Made by a program: the position numbers and the translations under genes
The notes under the pieces: model-generated
The model's input: the letters and a program-made list of their open reading frames with translations, nothing else
Database searches by the model: none
What the model was told of the DNA's origin: nothing
Shown here: positions 58,407 to 64,000 of the stretch, piece after piece
Numbering within the stretch: position 1 is the first letter of the stretch
Layout: each line of letters opens with the position of its first letter
Assembly: GCA_049966715.1 (NCBI GenBank)
Contig: JBMFUB010000001.1
Location: 80-64,079 of the forward strand
Source of the DNA: Candidatus Micrarchaeia archaeon
GTDB lineage: Archaea > Micrarchaeota > Micrarchaeia > Micrarchaeales > Micrarchaeaceae
Direction of reading: 5' to 3'
DNA length: 64,000 bases

Positions 58407-59519
58407 TTATATTTTTTTATAATATTTTTTTATTTTATTTATATTTTTTATATTTTTAATGCTTGTTTTAAAAAATTCATTTTTTTCAATTTTCCAATAT
58501 TTAAATGTATACATTAAAAATATCCAACCTAAAACAATGCCAAACCATAATGTAGAAAATCTTGTCATTATTGTTGCTGCAGAACTTGTTGTATAATCTA
58601 AATGCATTATTGAACCCAATGAGGATATCATAAATCCATCAGTTACACCCATATTTCCAGGTATTGCAGATATCATACCATAAAGCTGTGATGATGAAAA
58701 TGTGAATAAACTGTTTGGCAAAGAAGGAGCAACACCTAATGAACTAAGAACTATAAAGAGCGCTAATGAATTGAGGAAAGCAGATGGTATTGAATAAAGA
58801 ATTGAGGATAGATATACTTTTGGTTTGTTGAGTATGCTCTGCGAAGAATAATATTCATCTCCATATATAAAGAGCAACATCATTATACCTTTTTTAATAT
58901 TCTTAAACCTTTTCTTAAGAATCGTAAAGAACCAATCATCTAATAAGAAAATAAAAGGAAATAGCAATAATATATCAGCAAGCACTACATAAATGATGAA
59001 TTTATTTACATATATAGAGATTGCAAGTGCGAAAATCGCCATGCCTAAAGAATCTGTAAATATGTCCATAGTTACTAAAGGCGCAATGTACATAAATTTT
59101 ATTTTTGTTATCCTTTTTAGTGTATATGCTGCTACAATTCTTCCTATCTTACCTGGTGTTATATTCATTGAATAAACAGATAAATAAACGCTAAGGCTTT
59201 TCTTAATGGGAACTTTCAACCCTAATGTTTTCATATAGTAATCCCATTTTCCAAATCTTATCAGATAGCCGGCAAATACAGCCACAAACGCTAGAATATA
59301 GATGAAGGGGTTTGCTTCTAGCATTCTATTTATAACTGTAGAAACACCACCTATTAAGATTATTATTAAGAAAACAATAAAAGTACCAAAAAAACCGATA
59401 GAAGATAGAAGGCCTATTTTATGTACAAGCTTAATATATTCCCTCTGATTTATTTTTTTAATGCTAAATAACTGCTTCCAAATATTCTGTTTTTTGTTTT
59501 TATTTTTCTTAAAATCCAT
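58407..59519 (-). CDS. Flippase-like / UPF0104 (LPG-synthase-TM type) integral membrane protein
   Basis: About 8 TM helices and a basic N-terminus. It sits immediately downstream of a GT2 glycosyltransferase, which is a common pairing for this family. Assigned by architecture and context, not by a strict motif. Confidence 0.55.
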   Translation of the reverse strand: MDFKKNKNKKQNIWKQLFSIKKINQREYIKLVHKIGLLSSIGFFGTFIVFLIIILIGGVSTVINRMLEANPFIYILAFVAVFAGYLIRFGKWDYYMKTLGLKVPIKKSLSVYLSVYSMNITPGKIGRIVAAYTLKRITKIKFMYIAPLVTMDIFTDSLGMAIFALAISIYVNKFIIYVVLADILLLFPFIFLLDDWFFTILKKRFKNIKKGIMMLLFIYGDEYYSSQSILNKPKVYLSSILYSIPSAFLNSLALFIVLSSLGVAPSLPNSLFTFSSSQLYGMISAIPGNMGVTDGFMISSLGSIMHLDYTTSSAATIMTRFSTLWFGIVLGWIFLMYTFKYWKIEKNEFFKTSIKNIKNINKIKKYYKKI

Positions 59520-59538
59520 TTTTATCTCATCTATAAAA

Positions 59539-60240
59539 TTAAATTATATGTTCATAATCCTCCTTGACTTTCCTTTTTGTATAATATCTAAAATAATTTT
59601 CAGTATGATAAACCACATAATGCAGTTTGCCCCACTTATCAATGCGTCTTGTGCTTGTATATACTTTTGCATATTTTGTATAACGTATTTTTCCTATTTT
59701 TCCTGCCCTCTTTGCCAAGTCAAGATCTTCACAGGTTCCTTGATTAGGATCAAAACCTTTTAATTTTTCAAATGCCTCTTTTCGTATTGCAAAATTTGAC
59801 CCTATTACAAACTTAAATGGTGTTCTTATCAATATATTTACAAGAAATACTGAAACAAAAGAATAACTTAATCTGTTTAAAAATTTATCTTGCCCGTAGG
59901 GTAGTATAGGGCCGGTTGCAACAACAACTCTTTTATCCTGGAATACTTTGTGAAAAGCTTCTAAATAAGTTTTTTCAGGTATTGTATCTGCATCTATAAA
60001 TACGTAGATTTTACCCTTTGCCTTGCTAGCACCTACATTTCGTCCATTAGATATACCTCTTAATTTTGTTGTGACAACCTTTGCATATTTCTTTGCAATC
60101 TCTCTTGTTTTATCTGTGCTCATACTATCTGATACAATTATTTCAAAATCTTTAAATGTCTGATCTTTAAATGCTTGAAGTGTGTTTTCAATATATTTTT
60201 CTTCATTTAAAGAAGGTATTATAACACTGATTTCTACCAA
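59539..60240 (-). CDS. Family 2 glycosyltransferase
   Basis: 'ISVIIPSLNEEKYIENTL', 'IIVSDSMSTDKT', 'FIDADT' (DxD), and 'EDLDLAKR' (ED motif). TTG start. Confidence 0.88.
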   Translation of the reverse strand: MVEISVIIPSLNEEKYIENTLQAFKDQTFKDFEIIVSDSMSTDKTREIAKKYAKVVTTKLRGISNGRNVGASKAKGKIYVFIDADTIPEKTYLEAFHKVFQDKRVVVATGPILPYGQDKFLNRLSYSFVSVFLVNILIRTPFKFVIGSNFAIRKEAFEKLKGFDPNQGTCEDLDLAKRAGKIGKIRYTKYAKVYTSTRRIDKWGKLHYVVYHTENYFRYYTKRKVKEDYEHII

Positions 60241-60297
60241 AATAACACCTATGCTCAGTTTTTATATAATATCTTTATAGTTGCTTTCTTTTTTATT

Positions 60298-61107
60298 TTA
60301 TGCTTTTGATGCTATTTCGACATATTTCTGAGTACATACACTAGAAGGCTTTCCTCCGTCTATTTTGCAGATTTGAGCTGTGAAAATATTTGCACTTCCA
60401 ATTATATCCTGTGCTATTGTTGAATTACTGTTTTTAAGCTCCGAAATAATATTAATCCAACTTTTTCCGTCAAGATCTTGTGGACTAAATGTTGCCCCAT
60501 TCAATACACTTTGATTCCCAAAGTCTATAAAAGGTATGCTTCCTTGGTAACCATACGTTTGAAATGTTACATTCTCAATATTAGTTAATTTTTCTAATGG
60601 CGCTCCAGTATTTGTTGCAACCTCAACAGGTACAAAGGCTATATAATTGCTTTGATAGCTCGAATTATAAAACGTAAATGTTGGTGTTGAAGGATATATA
60701 TCAGTAGCGCTTGAGGTCATATAGCTTAAGTTTGTGAAATTTCCAAATCTCAAAAGTGCTACAATTAAGCCCCATCTTACTGCAGCACAATATGGGCAAT
60801 AATCTGCACCAATGTATAAAACTTCACTCTTGTTATTTTGCGTTAAAGAATTGCTACTTGTAATTGTCTGTGGAAAAGCCCCTACTGCACCATTTGCTAT
60901 TTTATTTGCGAGTGTGTTGTTTAACGCGATACTGCTTAACATTGACATTACTGAGCTATTAACCTTAACGTTATCATAACTCACTAGCGAAGCTGATTGG
61001 CTTGTGTTTGTAGTATTCTGTACTGATGAAGTTGCATTATACCACAATACTAAAGAAACAAAAAGTATTGCGACTATTACAATAATAATTTCATATATTT
61101 TCTTCAT
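60298..61107 (-). CDS. DUF929-like membrane-anchored thioredoxin-fold protein (intact paralogue)
   Basis: N-terminal TM helix, S/T/N-rich linker, '[32 protein letters not shown]', and a C-terminal Cys pair '[12 protein letters not shown]'. Confidence 0.7.
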   Translation of the reverse strand: MKKIYEIIIVIVAILFVSLVLWYNATSSVQNTTNTSQSASLVSYDNVKVNSSVMSMLSSIALNNTLANKIANGAVGAFPQTITSSNSLTQNNKSEVLYIGADYCPYCAAVRWGLIVALLRFGNFTNLSYMTSSATDIYPSTPTFTFYNSSYQSNYIAFVPVEVATNTGAPLEKLTNIENVTFQTYGYQGSIPFIDFGNQSVLNGATFSPQDLDGKSWINIISELKNSNSTIAQDIIGSANIFTAQICKIDGGKPSSVCTQKYVEIASKA

Positions 61108-61199
61108 TTTAAAACCTTTTATTTTTAAATATATTTTATGCGGTTTGCATTTACAAATTATTTATAAAATTTATAAGATTCATTTATAATATATATTTT

Positions 61200-61793
61200 C
61201 TAATCTGTTTTTTGTAATTTATAATCTGTAAAAAAATTAATTCTCAACTTTTTAGCAATTAAATAAAATATCTCTTTATAATTATATATAAATGCACTTA
61301 TAGTTATACTAAGCAAAATACCTGCTATAACGTCTGTTAAATAATGGACCCCTAGATATATTCTTCCAAATAAAACAAAAAGCAGCCATATAATATAAAG
61401 AATTTGTATTACTCTATATTTATTTAAGAAAGGTATGACTCCCGTAAGTACACTGGCATGATTGCTAGGGAATGAAAAAGAGCTTTCACATGCAACATTA
61501 TTTATCCATGAAAGCGAGCTAACATTGCAGGGTCTTGGTTCTTGTACAATATATTTTATTATTTCGCTGATTGCAAATGCTATAATTCCAAACGCTATAA
61601 ATGCGTAGAGATTATTATCTTTTTTATAAATATAATACAGTGCGAGAAGCGGTAATACAATAAAAAAGCTTGAAGCAAGATAAATCATTAAAGTATTAAG
61701 AGTCGGACTTGCAACCGATTTAACTGCTTTAAAAGCCCATATATTTATCGATATATTATAAGGTTCAACATTTAAAATAAAATTATACATCAA
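61200..61793 (-). CDS. PAP2-family phosphatase (polyprenyl/dolichyl-diphosphate phosphatase-like)
   Basis: All three PAP2 motifs are present: 'KYIVQEPRP' (KxxxxxxRP), 'PSNHAS' (PSGH) and 'GRIYLGVHYLTDVIAG' (SRxxxxxHxxxD). Confidence 0.88.
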   Translation of the reverse strand: MMYNFILNVEPYNISINIWAFKAVKSVASPTLNTLMIYLASSFFIVLPLLALYYIYKKDNNLYAFIAFGIIAFAISEIIKYIVQEPRPCNVSSLSWINNVACESSFSFPSNHASVLTGVIPFLNKYRVIQILYIIWLLFVLFGRIYLGVHYLTDVIAGILLSITISAFIYNYKEIFYLIAKKLRINFFTDYKLQKTD

Positions 61794-62268
61794 AAAACCT
61801 AAAATTATTAATTATTCAAATAATTTGATAAATAGATTTATATAAATTTAGATTTAGATTATAAAAGACAATAATAAATAAATAACACATACAATGCGCG
61901 TTAATAAATAAATAAATATATAATAAATAATAAAAAACAAACAATAAAAATAAATAATAAATAAAATAAAAATATAATAAAATAAATATAATAAAACAAA
62001 ATATATATAATAAATAAAATATAATAATAAAATAAAATACATATAATAAATAAAATATAAAAATATAAAATAAGATAAATAATTTATAAAAATAAAATAT
62101 AATAAAATATTATAATCAAATATTATTATATTATAATGTAATATTTATATTATTTGTAATTATAAAGATATTTGATTAATTATTTAATTTATTTAATAAA
62201 TAATTAAAATTTAAATTAAAATTTATAAAAATAAATTATAAAAATAAAAATAAAAAATATGTGTTTAA

Positions 62269-63030
62269 ATGAGAAGTATACCACCAATTTTATTTATTTT
62301 ATTCATGTTATTTCTATCAGAAATTAATGCTTCGTATAGTATAGTATCAATAAATACAACAGTAACACTTAATCAAAATACGAGTGCTTATGTAAATGAG
62401 GTATTGGAGGTTGCAGTAAGCAATATTTCAGCGGCACAATATTCTACAAATAGGCTGGCACTTAATTTAACTTTGAGCAATTGGCAGTCATTGATAGGTC
62501 CAGATTTGACAGAGCATATATTGAATCCAAAAGGTATGATTTATGGATTAAAGTTCCTACCCGGTCCATTAGTTCCAACAAATAATGGCAAAGTCGCATA
62601 TCTGCAAATGAATTATTATGTCTCAAACGTTACTACAATGAATGTAATTGGCCCAAGGGCATATCAATATTCATTTAATAGAGATGTGTTTAATTTTGTA
62701 GCCGCAAAAAGCGGTATAGTTTTAGGCCCAAATACAACATTGAACATTATACTTCCAAAAAATTCTCAAATAATTTCGGTTTATCCACTTCCAGATTCTC
62801 CTGCACTTAGTTTTGCACAAAATTATAGGAATGTAACAAAACTTTCCTGGTATCAAAATGAACCCTTATCTGCATTTACTTTAGTATATGTCGTTCATGA
62901 AAGTCTTCAAGATGAAGTGCTTAACTTCTTTTTAAAGATATATAATCTGTTTGGTATTTATACTTATATAATAATAATATTAATAATAGCGGCATTTTTA
63001 ATTTACATGTATTTAAGATTAGGCAAATAA
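62269..63030 (+). CDS. Secreted protein with C-terminal TM anchor, hypothetical
   Basis: Signal peptide 'MRSIPPILFILFMLFLSEINA', a sequon-rich ectodomain, and a C-terminal TM helix followed by 'YLRLGK'. Confidence 0.5.
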   Translation: MRSIPPILFILFMLFLSEINASYSIVSINTTVTLNQNTSAYVNEVLEVAVSNISAAQYSTNRLALNLTLSNWQSLIGPDLTEHILNPKGMIYGLKFLPGPLVPTNNGKVAYLQMNYYVSNVTTMNVIGPRAYQYSFNRDVFNFVAAKSGIVLGPNTTLNIILPKNSQIISVYPLPDSPALSFAQNYRNVTKLSWYQNEPLSAFTLVYVVHESLQDEVLNFFLKIYNLFGIYTYIIIILIIAAFLIYMYLRLGK

Positions 63031-63102
63031 TAATTTAATAAAATAAAATAGTAAATAAAATAAAGGAAAATATATAAAGTAAGTATATTATAAAATATAT
63101 TA

Positions 63103-63546
63103 TTATTTTATTGCTTTTTCATATTCTTCTTTTTTCCAACCATAAGGAATTGCATGCCTTATACTCTCAGGAAAATATGCTTTTGAATAAAATTCCTTAT
63201 AATAATCAAAATCCCTTTCTTCGATATTTTCTGGCTTTGGATGTATACCTTGCTGATTTAAAAATTTAATAATATCCTCTTTACTCATTTTTGCTTTTTT
63301 GTTGTCTGCATCCGGCGGATTATATATTATATCAATGCTTTTCTTAACAAATTCAATTTTAGCTTTTATTATAGCATCAAAGTTCAGTAAGCGGTATTGA
63401 AGTCTGGCGCAATGAGCAATATCTATGAGCTCTTTTGGATCTAAGTTATTAAATTTAATTTTTTTAATCAATTTATAAGGCATTCTATATTTTTTTCCAT
63501 CTTCTTCAACATACTGCAAGCTTGCTTCGTTCTCATTTAATTCCAT
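63103..63546 (-). CDS. Hypothetical protein downstream of the radical-SAM gene
   Basis: 147-codon ORF on the same strand, about 100 nt downstream of the preceding gene. No motif recognised. Confidence 0.45.
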   Translation of the reverse strand: MELNENEASLQYVEEDGKKYRMPYKLIKKIKFNNLDPKELIDIAHCARLQYRLLNFDAIIKAKIEFVKKSIDIIYNPPDADNKKAKMSKEDIIKFLNQQGIHPKPENIEERDFDYYKEFYSKAYFPESIRHAIPYGWKKEEYEKAIK

Positions 63547-63647
63547 TAAAACACCTCTTTATTATTTTACTCTTTTTATTCTTTTATGCTTGTATATCTT
63601 TATAATAAAATATTCTTAAAATAAATAAAATTAATTATTTGTATTAT

Positions 63648-64000
63648 TTATACAATTGCTTGCTCCTCTTTTGTATCCTTTTGAATATTTGGGAAATTTG
63701 CTACAGGTTTTCCTCCATTAATTGGAAGTGCAAAATAATCAATCATATTATGGTAAGTTTTTATAAATTCTGGCCTTTTCTCAAGCTCTTTTACATTTCT
63801 TATATATTTATCCGCTTTATAATCCCAATTTGGATGGCTTTTCTTCCATTCATCTACTGGTATACTATACTGCCTTTGTATTTTGTCTCTATAAACTTCT
63901 GGGAATACATTAAATGTGCAGAATGGCAATACCTCACCATCGGGCATTGCATAATGAATATCGCATCTTTCAACTCTATTGATATCATAAGTGTATTCAT
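63648..64000 (-). CDS. C-terminal part of a COG1964-type radical SAM protein (family that includes tetraether lipid synthase Tes and MJ0619); 5' end outside the window
   Basis: The frame stays open to the window edge: '...EYTYDINRVERCDIHYAMPDGEVLPFCTFNVFPEVYRDKI...'. The 'RC..HYA.PDG...PFC..N' block is the conserved C-terminal element of this family as I recall it. The radical-SAM CxxxCxxC motif is not in the window. Confidence 0.55.
   Translation of the reverse strand, partial: EYTYDINRVERCDIHYAMPDGEVLPFCTFNVFPEVYRDKIQRQYSIPVDEWKKSHPNWDYKADKYIRNVKELEKRPEFIKTYHNMIDYFALPINGGKPVANFPNIQKDTKEEQAIV

Overview
This is a very AT-rich archaeal chromosomal segment (AT-richness judged by eye, not computed). 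It consists mostly of housekeeping genes separated by unusually long, almost pure A/T spacers. The exosome superoperon, archaeal-type LeuRS and PheRS, aTrm56, RpoP, a histone, a class-III signal-peptide pilin and its peptidase, and a C/D box sRNA all point to Archaea. Gyrase, DUF929 paralogues and sequon-saturated surface proteins suggest a small-genome, possibly acidophilic lineage (DPANN or Thermoplasmata-like), but I cannot confirm that.

Gene order:
- Start of window: a beta-propeller gene fragment, an A24 prepilin peptidase, a large N-glycoprotein, leuS, a HAD hydrolase, gyrB-gyrA and trm56.
- Exosome superoperon: psmA, SBDS, rrp4-rrp41-rrp42, rpl37ae, an unknown gene and rpoP.
- Next: a PRC-barrel protein, a histone preceded by a C/D box sRNA, PDO plus thioredoxin, a GNAT acetyltransferase and hisS.
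- Next: a wHTH-REC-degenerate-GGDEF-like response regulator beside a pilin gene, rpl1-rplP0-rpl12, a ferredoxin and Lhr helicase with its phosphoesterase.
- Next: an M50 protease, a split DUF929 gene, deoxyhypusine synthase, a polyprenyl synthase and tRNA-Lys.
- Next: an FAD oxidoreductase, a decayed aroE pseudogene, an MFS transporter, purF and pheT-pheS.
- End of window: an ABC importer without a binding protein, a ROK kinase, tRNA-Asn, an envelope-biogenesis cluster (flippase-like, GT2, DUF929, PAP2) and the end of a COG1964 radical-SAM gene.

I found no rRNA, CRISPR array, integrase, transposase or recognisable defence system.

The most notable non-routine items are the C/D sRNA, the atypical response regulator, the aroE relic, the split DUF929 paralogue and several orphan or secreted genes. 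I could not identify a clearly novel multi-gene system with confidence.
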